DNA of 64,000 bases from Octopus vulgaris (GCA_951406725.2 OX597819.1:105028001-105092000), one strand, 5' to 3'. Counted from the stretch's first letter, positions 37,375-51,350 are shown. The notes: generated from the sequence alone by a model not told the origin. A program made the numbers and translations.

Positions 37375-37599
37375 GTGTCTGGGGAGAGTCATTCTCTTTT
37401 AGTACCTTATTATTTAACACACTCACCAGTAAAATTTCCACTTATTTCGTCTTTTTATTTTCCTAAAATTTTCGTTGCGTCTTGCAACCTTTTCATGCAA
37501 GACGCAACGAAAATTTTAGGAAAATAAAAAGACGAAATAAGTGGAAATTTTACTGGTTAAATAATAAAGTACTAAAAGAGAATGACTCTCCCCAGACAC
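37375..37599. repeat. Near-perfect long inverted repeat (104-bp arms, 9-nt loop)
   Basis: 37375-37486 is the reverse complement of 37496-37599 apart from one mismatch and an 8-nt bulge. Confidence 0.95.
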
Positions 37600-38028
37600 A
37601 ACAGAATATGCTTCAACACATGAACTCATATAAAGAATCTTGCAAACCAAATCCAAAAAGAAAGAAGTGGAAAAATTTTTAGTATTGTTGTCTCTGTTGA
37701 CAGCAAATAGTTTCTGTCTTAAAGCAAAAGGCAGACTATATAAAAATTATATGTTAGAAGTGTGGTGGTGCAAGGTAGGTGAGTCATGAGCATTGGATGT
37801 AGAAAGTTTATATGGACGTGTAAGAAATGAAACTAGCGAAATCTGTTTCATTTTTAATAAAAGATATGAAGGTAGAGTAAATAAGAGTTGAAACTCTGGC
37901 CGAGGATAAGTATGTAGGGGAGACAACTCTCTATGAATAAATACTTGTCTATGCATGATAGATATGGATGTGTGTGTGTGCATATTGTTGTCAAGAATTA
38001 AACTTCCAAGAGAACGTGAAATAATTAT

Positions 38029-38150
38029 TTTTTGGAATATTGGCTCACGAGCAGCCTTCGACTTTATTCTAAAGGGATTTTCAACCCATTATTTACATGC
38101 TATTACTATAGCTTTACGTGATGTGCCTCAAGAGCCAATATTACCAAAAA
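38029..38150. repeat. Short element bounded by inverted repeats (MITE-like)
   Basis: tttttggaatattggctcacgag ... ctcaagagccaatattaccaaaaa. Confidence 0.55.
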
Positions 38151-39146
38151 GTGTGTGTGTGTCTAAGCGTATGTGCATGTATGACAGCTATAGATTTGTG
38201 TGTATTTATACATACATGCACATATATTCATTTGTTTTATGTCCAATTTTCCATGTTTGCACCGGTTGGATGAATTTGTTTGAAGAATTTTTTTACAACT
38301 GGATGCCCTTCCTGATATTAACCTTTACCTGTCTGTCAAATAAGGGTCTCTTTCTCCACCTGGCTGCCAAGATACAAAGCGTTTGAACTGAAGGAGAACC
38401 TGGCAACAATAACAACACAGCCCACTGCACTTTTATTTAAGCAGTTAAAGACCACAAAAACTCATTTAAAAAAAATCTTTTTAGTCATGAATGAAGGCAG
38501 TACCTATGACCCTTCACAGGACTTCTGGAACTGATGGGAGGGAAGATGTTATCCTCAAACCAGAGATTTGGCCTAGTGTTTGTAACCAAGTAGACTCCAC
38601 TAAAGGCACCCAAAGTGCCAGATGGTGGTATTAAACTTGGTTGGAGATTAAATCTACAACTCAAGTAGGCTGTGGTGGATTTGAACTCAGAATGCTAAGC
38701 GTTTGAACTAATAACGCAAGGCATACTTTTATAGTCTCTACTTTTCTGGATTGTTTTTTTATTTTTATTTTACTTTGTAAAGAAGAAAGGCAAAGATGAC
38801 TTAAGCACGTTTTAAACTCAGTACACTGAGTATCAAAAGAAATATCAAGGCATTTAGTACAATGCTACAAATTTGCTACCTTGGGGTTTTGGAGTTATTT
38901 GCATTTTATCTATTAATTAGATATCTATGTAAATGTGATATAGGTAACTGTGCACATCTCTTGTTAAGCAGGATCATGATTCTTAGTTTAGTCTTAAAAT
39001 AAATGTGGATTTCTGGGATAGGATAAAGAGTATTAGAGATATCACATTTTTGTTATGTTTCCTCATTTGTAAAGGAGTCTTGTATTTTGATTAAATTGTT
39101 CCTATTGTTGATTGGATTTTTTTCTTTCCTTTCGCTATTGTCTTAG

Positions 39147-39219
39147 GAATTGAAATATGGCTAATCATCACCTTTGGACTTGGAATCCTGATGTTTATCA
39201 ATGCAAACAACTGGAGTCA
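39147..39219 (+). CDS. NEMP1: NEMP exon 4 (TM1)
   Basis: (G)IEIWLIITFGLGILMFINANNWS; ag/gtatgt boundaries; phase 1 to 2. Confidence 0.88.
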
Positions 39220-39569
39220 GTATGTATAACTACTTTCAATCACTAGCTAATTTAATTTAATGGTTTTGAAAATTTGAATATTTGCAGTGCAAATTAATTA
39301 TAGACACAAACATTGAGTTTATTATTAAACACTCATTTCAAAACAAGTGATATCTATTTTCCAATTATGCTGACCAAGACATGTAAAATAATGTGTCTTG
39401 TTCAAAGGTTTAACTCAATGGCTCTAGACCTGTTTTAAATTGTGATTTATTGGTCAAAAGTTCAGCATTGGGATTTCCTTATTGCTTCAATATTTCATAA
39501 TATCAATTTCTTTTGACTAACAATGAAGCTATATATTTGTAATGAAAGATAAATGGGAGCATGTTTATA

Positions 39570-39857
39570 TCTGTATTTATAAAACTGAGAATGTGTGTAT
39601 GTGTCTGTATATGTGCATCACTAAAGCTCGAAAACTACCCAACCGATTTCAATTAACTCTTACTCATGCCTTACTTAGGGTCCATGCAGTGTCATGGGCC
39701 AAAAAGATTTTCAACTTCTTGCCTAATGTGAGCTCAGAGCAATTTCTTATCTCTTACACTATTTCAGTATTACATGTCAAAAATGAAACAATATCTCTAT
39801 TGTTATGTGAGATAATACTTTCAGTTTTAATAGGGTTCGCTATCAATACTTTCACTT

Positions 39858-39894
<37 letters not shown>

Positions 39895-39922
39895 TACTTT
39901 CATTTTTATTACTTTCACTATG

Positions 39923-39969
<47 letters not shown>

Positions 39970-40074
39970 CTATAAACACTGAAAATGTGCAGAGAACAGC
40001 TTCTGTCACATGAAGTAAAACAATGAAAAAGCTGTGCCACTTTAATCCCAAGCAATGCCAGGTATCACTGCTAG
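39570..40074 (+). mobile_element. Non-autonomous Helitron-like element
   Basis: Starts a|TCtgtatttataaaactg, ends with a decayed hairpin cccaagcaatgccagg followed by CTAG|t; inserted in an AT dinucleotide with no TSD; internal (TA)n tracts. Confidence 0.6.
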
Positions 40075-40448
40075 TATATATATATGCATATGGTTGTGAC
40101 AGGTTTGATACATTGTTGGACATTAAACATCATGATATTTGGTTATGTTCTGAGTTCAAATCTCAATTTCATCCTTCTGAGAGTGATAAAGTAAATGCTT
40201 AACAATTGCTAAAATTGTCGATGTTCTTGAAGTGGTGCTCCATCATGGCCACAACACAATGACTGAAACCAATAAAAAACAAAAACGAAGAAGACATATT
40301 TCAAGAACTGTATGAATATATCCAAATTCGTAGATACAGTTGTAAAACTGTATGGGGCAGGTATAGGATAGTAGCATCTGGACATATTTTGATTATGTTT
40401 GATTATTGACACTGATTATTTTTTTTAATCTTCCTTGCATTTTCACAG

Positions 40449-40542
40449 AAATTCTTCATTTCATTATCTGATGGGAACTGTACTTGGAATTATTTTTTCT
40501 GTGCTGATTATATTATTCTTCATGAGTCGGATGATTTCAAAG
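40449..40542 (+). CDS. NEMP1: NEMP exon 5 (TM2)
   Basis: (Q)NSSFHYLMGTVLGIIFSVLIILFFMSRMISK; cag/gtaagg boundaries; phase 2 to 0. Confidence 0.9.
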
Positions 40543-41524
40543 GTAAGGCCTGCCGATAGAAAATCATTTCTTTTGAAACATATCAATACTTATTGTGTTT
40601 ATATGAATGATAATCATCATGATTATCATCTTTGACCCTCAGTGCACTGATTAAATTTTTGCTGGTGATGTAATGCATTAATCATATGCAAATAGTTCTT
40701 GCAACTGCTTTACATTGTCCAGTAAAAATAAAATGTGCATACTAAATCATATGAAGTGTGAATAATTTTGGAAAGAACTTCACTGTCAAAAACAGGTTAA
40801 CTTGCTTCCCTAATCTTGAGTGCACCTGCATGGAACCGAGTATATTCAGCTCCCATGCAGTAAAGATTAAGGCAGCAGACTGGCAGTTGTTAGAGTTCTG
40901 GCTAGGTATTTGTTCTGACCCTGTATTTGAGTGCAAATCCTGATATGGTCAACTTTGCTCTTCATTCTTTTGGGTTTGAAAGAGAGAAAAAAAAGGTACC
41001 AGTCCAGAACATTAAGTTGATGGAACTGTTAGAGACTGTTGCAATATATCTAACAGCATTTGTTCCAGCTCTTTACATTCAGACAGCAACTTCTGTAACA
41101 ACATTTATGCCAAGCAATATCAACCCAAATCAGTTATCTTTTTCTTGGATAAACATAAGTGATGTGGAGATGAGGAGACTTGTGTGCATGCACAACTGCA
41201 AGTCTTAATCAAAAATTCTAACCCAAACCTATATATGCATGATCAGTGTTCATCTACAGTGGCACAGCACATATCGTCTTCCTTATCTGTTTCCTTTCAC
41301 ACAACATTTTGCCTAAAAATATCCCAGCATTGTTTCTGTTTCTCATTTCTCCTATAACAATGAAATATGTTTGCTACCTCCTTAATTGATATCTGAGAGC
41401 CCTCTACTCTGCACATTCACAATGTCAATACAATGTGATTTGGCCATGAACACTGCATAGTAGGAGCAGTGATAGGAAGCAAATTACTGTACCCCAACTC
41501 ACCTAAGTTGGTTCTCTTTTTTTT

Positions 41525-41728
41525 TTTACTTGTTTCAGTCATTTGACTGTGGCCATGCTGGAGCACCGCCTTTAGTTGGGCAAATCAACCCCAGGACTTA
41601 TTCTTTGTAAGCCCAGTACTTGTTCTATCAGTCTCTTTTGTCGAACCGCTAAGTTATGGGGACGTAAATACACCAGCATTGGTGTCAAGCAATGTTGGGG
41701 GGACAAACATAGACACACAAAAACATAT

Positions 41729-41765
<37 letters not shown>

Positions 41766-41925
41766 CGACGGGCTTCTTTTAGTTTCCGTCTACCAAATCT
41801 ACTCACAAGGCTTTGGTCAGCCCGAGGCTATAGTAGAAGGCACTTGCCCAAGGTGCCATGCAGTGGGACTGAACCCAGAGCCATGTGGTTCATAAGCAAG
41901 CTACTTACCACACAGCCACTCCTAT
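41525..41925 (-). mobile_element. tRNA-derived CORE-like SINE (octopus-type)
   Basis: Minus strand ggagtggctgtgtggtaagtagcttgc...gggttcagtcccactgc.tggcaccttgggcaagtg.cttctactatagcc, with a central microsatellite. Copies near 15120, 36370, 41990, 42955, 47015, 52375, 62430 and 63500. Confidence 0.82.
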
Positions 41926-42499
41926 GCCTGGTTGTCAAAAAGCCTTATTGATTTTGCCATGTACATTTTGCTCACATATAATTGAATATATAGGTGCAGG
42001 TGTAGCTGTGTGGTTAAGGTGTTTGGTTCCCAACTTTGTGGTCTCAGGTTCAGTTTCACTGCAAGGCACTTTGGGCATGTTTTCTCCAATTTCAATGCCT
42101 TGTAATGGATTTGCTTGACAGAAACTGAAAGAAGCCCACTGTGTGTGTGTGTGTTCGTGTATCTTGTCTTGACACCATGTGATTGTTGTAAATGAATGTC
42201 ATTCATTTCCAATATTCTGTGAAGACATGTCAAACCATAGGGAAATATTACAGTTTTTTGGTGATAGGAAGAGCATCCAGCCATAGAAAATCTTCCTCAA
42301 TAAACTCTGTCTAAGCAATGAAAGGAAGGAAAAATGAATGTTAAAATACTGATGATGATATCCATGTGAATTTCTTTCCCTTTCCCTCTTTTTCTTTCTC
42401 ATGCTCTATTTCTTAATCTTTCTGTCTCTTTCTCTCTCTCTCTCTCTCTCTCATGTACACCCACTCCTGTTTACACTTATGATGTTATTTCTATTTTAG

Positions 42500-42840
42500 A
42501 AAGTCGTTACAGCTGCTTTTCTTCTGTCCGGAATATCTGGAATATTTTACACACTTCATTGGTTCTACCAGAATATGTTCCTGTTGACCAAAGAGTACTG
42601 GATTTCTCTTCTAGTTTACCTCACAGTAACTGGTGTACTATCGTTCTTTTTATCCTATCGATTTGGACCAGTCACTGATATCCGATCAAAAAAAATTCTC
42701 TGCTGGATTATACAAAGTATTGGCTTATTTTTAGTATTTCATGGAACTCAACTCACCGAAGTGTCCTCTGCTGCTATTATTATTATTCTTGCTGTTTATA
42801 ATCGACCACAGTGTATTGACAATTTCTACAAACGCTTTAA
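42500..42840 (+). CDS. NEMP1: NEMP exon 6 (multi-TM, YRFGP motif)
   Basis: KVVTAAFLLSG...LSFFLSYRFGPVTDIRSKKILCWIIQSIGL..., the conserved NEMP YxxGP..RS..L.W.LQ segment; gtgagt donor; phase 0 to 2. Confidence 0.93.
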
Positions 42841-45800
42841 GTGAGTAAAGCATTTTGCTTATCAATTACCTTTCCTTGTAAATGATTTTTGTATTAAATG
42901 ATTATAATTCTTGTTTTTTTTATTTTTATATATATTGGATTTTTATATAAAAATGGGTGCAGGTAGTATAGTGAAGAGGTTTACTTCCCAACTATATGGC
43001 TTTGGGTTAAGTCCCACTGCATAGTACCATGGGCAAGTCTTCTAATATAGTCTCAAGCAAACCAAAGTGGATTTGTAGATAGAAACATGGTGAAGCTCAT
43101 TGTGTATGTGTGTATCATCATCAACATCACTTAATGTCTATTTTCCATGCTGGCATGGGTTGGCCAGTTTGGCCAGAGCTTGTAAGACTGGGGGCTGGAT
43201 AGGCTCCATTGTCTGTATTCTGGCAAAGCTTCTATGGCTGGATGTTCTTAATGTCAACCACTTTACAGAGTGTATTGGGTGCTTTTTATGCAGTACCAGC
43301 ACAGATGATAATATATATGTGTGTGCATATGTACATACATATGCATGTATGCACATATATATTTATATATATGTGTGTATATCGTCATTTAACATCTGCT
43401 CTCCATGCTAGCATGGATGGATATATATATATATATATATTTCTTTACTACCCACAATGGGCTAAACATAGAGGGGACAGACAAAGGGATTAAGTCAATT
43501 ACATTGACCCAGTGCGAAACTGGTACTTCATTTATTGACCCCGAGAGGATGAAAGGCAAAGTCGACCTCGGCGGAATTTGAACTCAGAACATAATGACAG
43601 GCAAAATACCGCTAAGCATTTCGCCCGGTGTGCTAACGATTCTACCAGCTCACCGCCTTAAATATATATATAAACTATCAGTAATAATAATAATAAGGAT
43701 TATTATGAATTGGCATAGCATTACCTTTAATTCCTTTTTATGTGGGTGTGGATGGGTGTCTCCATCATACAAGTGATGACATTTGTTTGCAATCTTCCAT
43801 GGAAACAAGCCCTTCTGTTGTGCTGTTTATGTTTGAAGACCTGGGGGGAGTGGGGGTATTGTTTTGCTTGAAAACAAGTGAAGGTTAGTAACAGGAAAAA
43901 GCATCTGTCTCAAAGAATCTCATCTGAGTCATGCAAGCATAGAAAAGTGGATGTTAAAATTACCATGGATGTGGTGATGGTGGTTACTTGTTTATCTTTT
44001 TAAAACTTAGAGTAAATGCAGGCATGTATGACATGTTTGAAAGAGAATATAAGTGTGTTTCTTGCAACTATCAGCCCCTTCTTAATTGATGCTTTAGTAC
44101 ATGTGATTATAAGATCATAGGTTCAGTTCACAATCCTGCATTTTACTTTGCATTATTTCAAAATAAATATTATGGCTGACAAAGCACCTAACCAACATCA
44201 AGTTACAGCAACTTTACTAACAAGTCAATGATATGACCAGACCTTTGGGCTTGAAGAGGGTTGTGTCTAGCAGTGGCTTGCTATATCTTATCCATTTTTT
44301 TTTTTACATGTACCCCTAGAATTCTATAATCAGAATAAGTCATTTGTATCTGCATTGCTTAAGCTGCATGCCTTGAAATGTATATTGACCTACACTAACT
44401 GAAAACTGTTTTTATTTTTTGTATGCTTTTCCATGCTAGCATGGGCTAGTGAATATTATGATTGTGATGTTGTTTTACAGCTGTATGCCATTCTTGTTAC
44501 TAATCTTTACCTATAGTTCAAGTAATAAATCTCTTACTTCATGCATCTCAAAGGTGCAAAACTGGCAGATGATTTCTTGACAGTAAAAATGACAATATCA
44601 ACATTTGTTGCTCTGCACAAATCAAACACACTGTTACACATGTGGACATGCATGTACATTAGGAGATGCCCAAAGTTCTGTGCAGTGAGGCTAAACCCCA
44701 AACCACTTGTCTAATCTAGTTTCTTATCTCACATTTCCTCGAGTGGTGACCTCAATTCAACTTGATTTGGTCAAATAAGGAATATATTCATAGCATCATT
44801 TGCAATTTATACATTATATAATTACATTAATTATTTTTTAGGCTTAATTTAAGATTGAAGGGAAAATACATGTACAAACTTCTGCATTATCACCATCATC
44901 ATTTTTACATCCATTTACCTCTTTTATGGTCTAGCATGGTTGGAACATTTTAGACAGAGTTTTATGGCTTGATGCTCTTCCTGGTACCAACCTTCTTTAA
45001 TCACTTCTTACAACATACAGGGATATAGTGGAACTAGTCTAAAATCTGAGATATACATGGTATAAACATACATTTGGTATTTCTTCTGCAGGTATCTATT
45101 ATTGTTTTGTTTATTCAGTTTGCATTTTTTTAAAAACTTTTATTTTGTCTTGACTTCTTTTTCTATTTTCCTCTTCATAATTTATTTATTTATTGCCTGC
45201 CTGTTGCTGCCATTTAGTCAGCTGGTGTCTATGCAGATTCCATATATTTTATGGTTTAGTTGTTAGAGAGGAGGTTGCATTTATGTCACTTGCTTTACAT
45301 ACATGTTTGCTATAATCACACTAGTGATATACCTCTCACTGACAGTACCTTGTGGTTTTTTTGTTTTTCTTTTCTTTTGAGTTCAGTCCAACTGTGTAAC
45401 ACCTTGGGCGAAGCCCATTATATATATATGTAATGCCTATGTGTCTTTGTGTTTGTCCTACCCCACTGCTTGACAACCAGTGTTGATTTGTTTATGTCCC
45501 CCATAACTTGGCAGTTTGACAAAAGAGACTTACAGAATAAGTACCAGGTGTTTAAAAAGAATAAGTCCTGGGGTTGATTTATTCAACTAAACCCCTTCAG
45601 AGTGGTGGCCCAGAGAAAATCTACTGCAACAAGCATGGAAAAGTGAACATTAAAATGATGATGACGATGACAATGGTGACGGCAGTGGTGGCTGTGGCAG
45701 TTGCTGCTGCTGCAAATATTTAGTAACTGATAATAGAAGAAATAAGATAAAAGTGGAATTTGCTATAAAATTTTCAGCCTTTAGCTTGTTACTTCAAACT

Positions 45801-47904
45801 ATTAACTGCATGGATTCTGTGGATCTAACCATGAGGAACAGCATTGCTTGTTTGTCCTTTACTATTGTTTTTATTCTTAGGTCAACCCTCATGCATTGTT
45901 CATTATCCCTTTTTATAAGACAGTACAATGTAATATAAGGGAAATTTAGCTGTTATCTCTAGCAGATTGAGCAACCATGTCGTGATTTCTTCTCTGGTCC
46001 ACTTGGCTGTTGATGAAAGAAATTAAAATCCCAAAACAGCCGATATATTTTCCATGTTAGCTTTGACTGGAAGATTGTAGAGATGTGTTAATCTGCATGA
46101 ATTATCAGAAAAAAATTATTTACATTTGAATGTCCAAGGAAACATGGTAACTCTGCTGATAAGATAACAAACCTCTAGCACTGAGCCCCTCTCTCTCCAT
46201 GTCATTCCATACCTATTATAAGTGTAAGCAAGTTGTAACAGTAGTATCTACTATAATTTGTGCTGTGCTAAAGACAATGTTTTTTTTTTTATTGAACTCT
46301 CCTGTTCCTACACTAATATTTGATACAGGTGTTACAGGTAACATGTATGTTGACCATCTGGTTCTCATTTTGTTTGAGTAACAATAAAATAAAGTTGAAA
46401 CTTTGAAAGAGTTTATTTAACCTTTTAGCATTCGGATTAGTCTGTCAAACACAATGCTTATTTATTCATGTTGTTTTGAAATTATTCATACAATATTTTA
46501 TTATACCTTCAAGATTTCAATGATTTGATTGTTTAGTTTTAGAAAGACATTGTAGAGTAAGGTCAGAGAGGCCAGTTTGATCATAAAACAGGTAGAATAT
46601 TTTGGCTGGATATGACCAGTTTAAATGCTAAAGGGTGAAAAGAAACAAAGAGAGAGAGAGAGACTAAAAAACACAATAAAGCAAGCAATGATCTTAATTT
46701 GCTTGTTAGTATTAGGGACTATGGAAGACATCTCCAGTAAATATATATCTATATTTAAATAATATTTAGCACAAGTTGTCACACATTTTATAAATGTGTC
46801 CAATAACACTGTCCAATAATCTCAAATGGTAACAAAAACACACGTTCTTTGCTGTGCCAAAACTGCACAACAAATGTTGGTTTTCTTTGTGGATGGGCCA
46901 AGGTGAGGGCAACAAATCTTTTAACATGCTAACTAGCCATTGATTATGCTGTATGCCCTTCATGAAAAAACTGCTCAACAGAATCAGCAGAACATTGGAC
47001 AAATTATCTTCACCATGACTGTGTGATTAAGAAGCTTGTATTGCATCCATGTGGTTTTGGGGTTCAGTCCCACTGTGTGGCACCTTGGACAAATGTCTTC
47101 TATTATAGCCCTGAGCTGACCAATGCCTTGTGGGTGAATTTGGTATAGAGAAACTGTAGAGAAGTCTATTGTGCATGTATGTGCATGCATGTGTGTGTGT
47201 GTATGTGTTTCTTTGTGTTTGTCCCTGTCTCATCACTTGAAAACTGGTGCAGGTTTGTTTAGAACCCTGTAACTTGGCAGTTGAACAAAAGAGACTGAAA
47301 GAATAAGTACCAGACTTAGCTAATTACTGGGTCAATTTGTTTGACTGAAACCCTTGAAAGTGTTGTTCCATCATGGCCACATTCCATTGACTGAATCAAG
47401 TAACAGAGCATTGTCATTGTTTTTACATCTAGTTTTCCAAATCGGTATAGGATACACTGGGATTTTTGAGGCAGTGTTTTCTGGCCATATGCCCTTCCTG
47501 ATACCAACCTTTTCAGTCACCGCTTTAAGACAAGCAGTAGTATTTAGTTATGCTGCTTTATTCTTTTGGGTTCAAATGCAACTCCAGTTGACTTCGGTTT
47601 CATCTTTCCAGGTTCAATAGAATAAGTACTGGGAATTGAGATAACCAGCTATGCTCTTGAAATTAGTGCCCCAGCATACCCACAGTCCGTTAACAGAAAT
47701 TAATAAGAGGATACATGAGAAAAGATGAAGCCACAATAATTAACCCTTCTTCTAGACCTCAATGAAGTAGTTTTGTATTGCCTGATGTGTATATAATATA
47801 TATATGTATTATGTATGTATGTGTGTGTGTTTATATATATCATCATCATCATTGATTAACGTCCATTTTCCATGCTGGCATGGGTTGAACCGTTTGAGGT
47901 CTAG

Positions 47905-48427
47905 AGAATATCTCTGGGGTTATATCCAACTGTGGTGCCATTGCAAGAGCAAATTCTCGAATATCAGCCCTGTGTACAACCAAAGCCTTTGTACTTTTCT
48001 CAGCAACCCATCCTGAGGTGATATCTTCCAGCTCCAAAAATAATGGTTGTCGACCTGATCCACACTTGTGCTTCTTCACACTTCCCTCATCCACCGGTCT
48101 GCTGAAATTATCATACTCTGCTCACCATTTACAAACCATTTGGAGATCCAATATCTTCTCCTTACAGAAAGCCATAACATTCTTGTTATGTGACTCTTCC
48201 AGAATTACTTTCTTGTACTCTACGAAATAACTTTTTCTTTTTGCACTGGGGGACAAGGGAGTCATCTACTTTAACCAAGCTGCAGTAGTTGGTTTATTTT
48301 ACAAATGTCACATGGCCTTGCTAACAAGCTGATGCATTTTTGACTATGTCTTATTTTCAGGGTAGGACTTATATTAAAAATATCCTAAAAAAACCATGGT
48401 AGGGTTTATTTTTGGGGAAACATGGTA
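47905..48427 (-). mobile_element. pogo-family transposon 5' end (Brinker-like DBD + CENP-B HTH) with TIR
   Basis: RKSYFVEYKK...MVCKW...GSGRQPLFLELED...WV...VHRADIREFA. Terminal TA-CCATGTTTCCCCAAAAATAA resembles a pogo/mariner TIR. Confidence 0.72.
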
Positions 48428-49641
48428 TATATGTGTGTGTGTGTGTATAGTAAATCTCAAAAAAACAAAGAACAAACACAAGAAAAAATACAACGCAAGG
48501 ACATGGCACATGCAAAGTATTAGCAGATGCTCAGGATATATATGTGTGTGTGTGTGTGCGTGTGTGTGTATATATATATATGTGTGTATGTGTATATATG
48601 TGTGTGTATATATACATGTGTGTGTGTGTAACTAAGTACATATGAATGGCCATCAAATAGTTGACAGTTACTCTAGAAAGAACATCCAGCTGTAAAAATA
48701 TTTGCTCAGAGAAACTATGGGCTGATACTGAAATGGCAAAACTCAACCTGTTGGAAAAATATTTGTGTGTGTGTGTGTGTGCATGTAAAATGTCTTACAT
48801 GTGTGTGATATATACACATATGTAAGACATTTTATATTCACACATGGTCCAACCCATACCAGATGGAAAACAGATGTAAATTAATGGTGATTATAATAAT
48901 CACACACACACATACACACATACGTGCATACATACATATGCATATATTATAAAATAGAGGTACTGCTAATAAAAAGAAATACACTTGAAAATAAAATCAA
49001 GCTCATTCTTTCTATTCCTATCTATCTATCTAGCTATCTGTGTGTGTGTGTGTGTAATGAAATATAACTAATACAGATACACATTTGAAAACAAAAGCAC
49101 GCTTCATTGTGGAATAAATAAAGAATATATTCCATCTATACTCTGGACATAATTGTATTTATAACAGTCAAGCTTTCATACAAATATATGTCCACACGTG
49201 AAACTGTTATTTTAAGAAAGCTATATGTGAAGGTGTTCTCATATTGTAATGAGTCTAAACCAATGATTCCCAGAGTGAATGGTACTGTCCCTTTGGTGGG
49301 GGTTAGAAGATCCAGGGAACACTGAAGGAAAGTGGGGTGATGATGGAGTGGCCAAAAGGATACAATGGATGTAAAAATAATGGGTTAATTAGGTTAAGTT
49401 TTATTTGTGAAATACAATTGTTTTGAATTTGATACAGAAGATGGCCCATATATGTGGTGGTGAGTGAGTGGGATGCTTGGAATATGGCTTGAGTGCCAAG
49501 GTGGGTGAAATTCTGAAAAATGTTTTGGATACCACTCTTCTAAAACTTCTCTACAGCAACTATTATCATTTTGTAACTTTAGGCACTATTAGACACTATT
49601 GCTTGAATTTGTCTGGTTGACAAAATGTGTTCTATCTAAAC

Positions 49642-49949
49642 TAGGGGTTCTCAACCATTTTTTACATATGGACCTCTTTAATTCCTATTTTAATTTGGTC
49701 AACCCCCATAGCCATTTGATATTTAAAAAATCCTACTGTATTTTTATAATTAAATGTTATTAGGACTTGTATAAAAATTGTTAAAATATTTTGTATATTG
49801 TGGACATATAACCAATTTATTGTACATAAATTTTACTGGTCTGAAACAGTTTTCTCATGGCCCCTGAGAAATAACCATGGATCCTTAATTTACTATATTG
49901 CATCTGTGGATGCCTAAAATCTTATATGGAATCTGTTTGAGAACCCCTG
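49642..49949. mobile_element. hAT (Buster-type) MITE with perfect TSD
   Basis: TAGGGGTTCTCAAC ... GTTTGAGAACCCCTG flanked on both sides by atctaaac (nnnTAnnn). A second, more decayed hAT MITE lies at about 49261-49537. Confidence 0.88.
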
Positions 49950-50176
49950 ATCTAAACCAACTATGCAATGTTTATACAATCACTCAACTAACTTCTTTAT
50001 AGCAGTGTTCCCCAAGATGAGTGATATCCTCACTTCCTAATGGGCAGTGGAAAATTTTGTATGAGTACTGGGGACAAAGCACTTATTGGAGCAGGGAGAA
50101 AGTTGATAACTGATGCTTCTCTTCAGTGATTTTAGTTTTGGTTCCTATTTAAAAATTTGCTTGAAAAAAAATTTAA

Positions 50177-50202
50177 CCCTTCTTTTATTATATTTCAGTT
50201 GA

Positions 50203-50235
<33 letters not shown>

Positions 50236-50687
50236 TGTGTACAGTGCTCAGGTGCACTACAACTCATCTAAAGTGTATATATAATCAGGTGAAGTTTCGG
50301 CGGATTTCGGAAAGCATGAGGGCCTTAAAAGATGCAGTGTCATGGCAGTCAACAACTGACGCAGGCAGTTTATTCCATGCTTCAGCAACTCTGAGCGTGA
50401 AAAAATGTTTCCGAAAGTCATGGGAGCTGTATTGTTTTCTGACTTTGTAGGCATGTCCAAGTGTGTTAGACACATGGAGATCAAAAAGGTGTTCAGTGTT
50501 GTTGTTCACTGAGTTTGTTTCTGTTAATTTTGAAAATAATGAAGGATTTAGTAAGATAACTTTCACATTATTATGTTAGTCTTTGGAACATAAATGTACA
50601 GGAAATTTTGATAGAAGGTTTTGATTTAAATTACCTTAAAACAGGAAGTCTGTATCACAGGTCTTGGGCAGGTTGGTATCAAAAGGG
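50177..50687. mobile_element. piggyBac-type MITE interrupted by a CR1 fragment
   Basis: TTAA|CCCT ... AGGG|TTAA ends; same family as 11041-11243 and 51147-51350. Confidence 0.72.
50203..50505 (-). mobile_element. CR1 LINE 3' end with (ATT)n tail
   Basis: T.GH.YKVRK......RKHFFTLRVAEAWNKLP..VV......FK; tail gtgcacctgagcactgtacacaattattatt. A tail-only copy lies at about 19388-19432 (+). Confidence 0.88.
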
Positions 50688-51146
50688 TTAAATGTAATGT
50701 TATAATAAACTGCTTGTTAGCTACAGTCACAACAACATTAACAATAAATAATAGACTAGACTTTGAAATGTGAATAAATAAACAAAACCAAATATAACAT
50801 CACCTATGCTTATAGTATTCACTTATAGTAAGGGTGGTGCTGCATTAAGTAGTCACTCACATCTAACTAGAACCAAGAACTAAATGGCCTGATATTACGT
50901 GTATATGGATTAAAGTAGGATGGAATTGAGAAAAATGTTGGTGAAAGAAAAATAGTGCTAGCTAAAAATTTTGAGTAACACTGCTCTACAGTACCACCAC
51001 GAAATATTTCAGCTTCTATTTAAAATGTGATATCACAGGTTTTAAGTTTAAAAAATTCTGTTACTATATTTCTGTTGAATTACATAATCCTTGTTTCAAT
51101 TTTGAAAATAACAAAGAATTTAATACAATAACCTTGTCATTATTAA

Positions 51147-51350
51147 CCCTTTTGATACCAACCCGCCTGAAACCGCCTCTGGCTCTGTTGTACAGAGTTC
51201 TGAATTAAAATCTTCCACCAAACCTTAGTCACAATTTGTGTTCCTAACACCAGCTTAATGATAACTAAGTTATTTTACTAAATTCTTTGTTATATTTAAA
51301 ATTAATTGAAAGAAATAGAGCATCTCAACAGAAATATGGTAACGAAAAGG
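51147..51350. mobile_element. piggyBac-type MITE nested, inverted, in a copy of the same family
   Basis: TTAA TSD on both sides with CCCT/AAGG ends; the host copy spans about 51055-51474. A second TTAA family occurs at 51548-51725 and 46420-46635. Confidence 0.8.
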
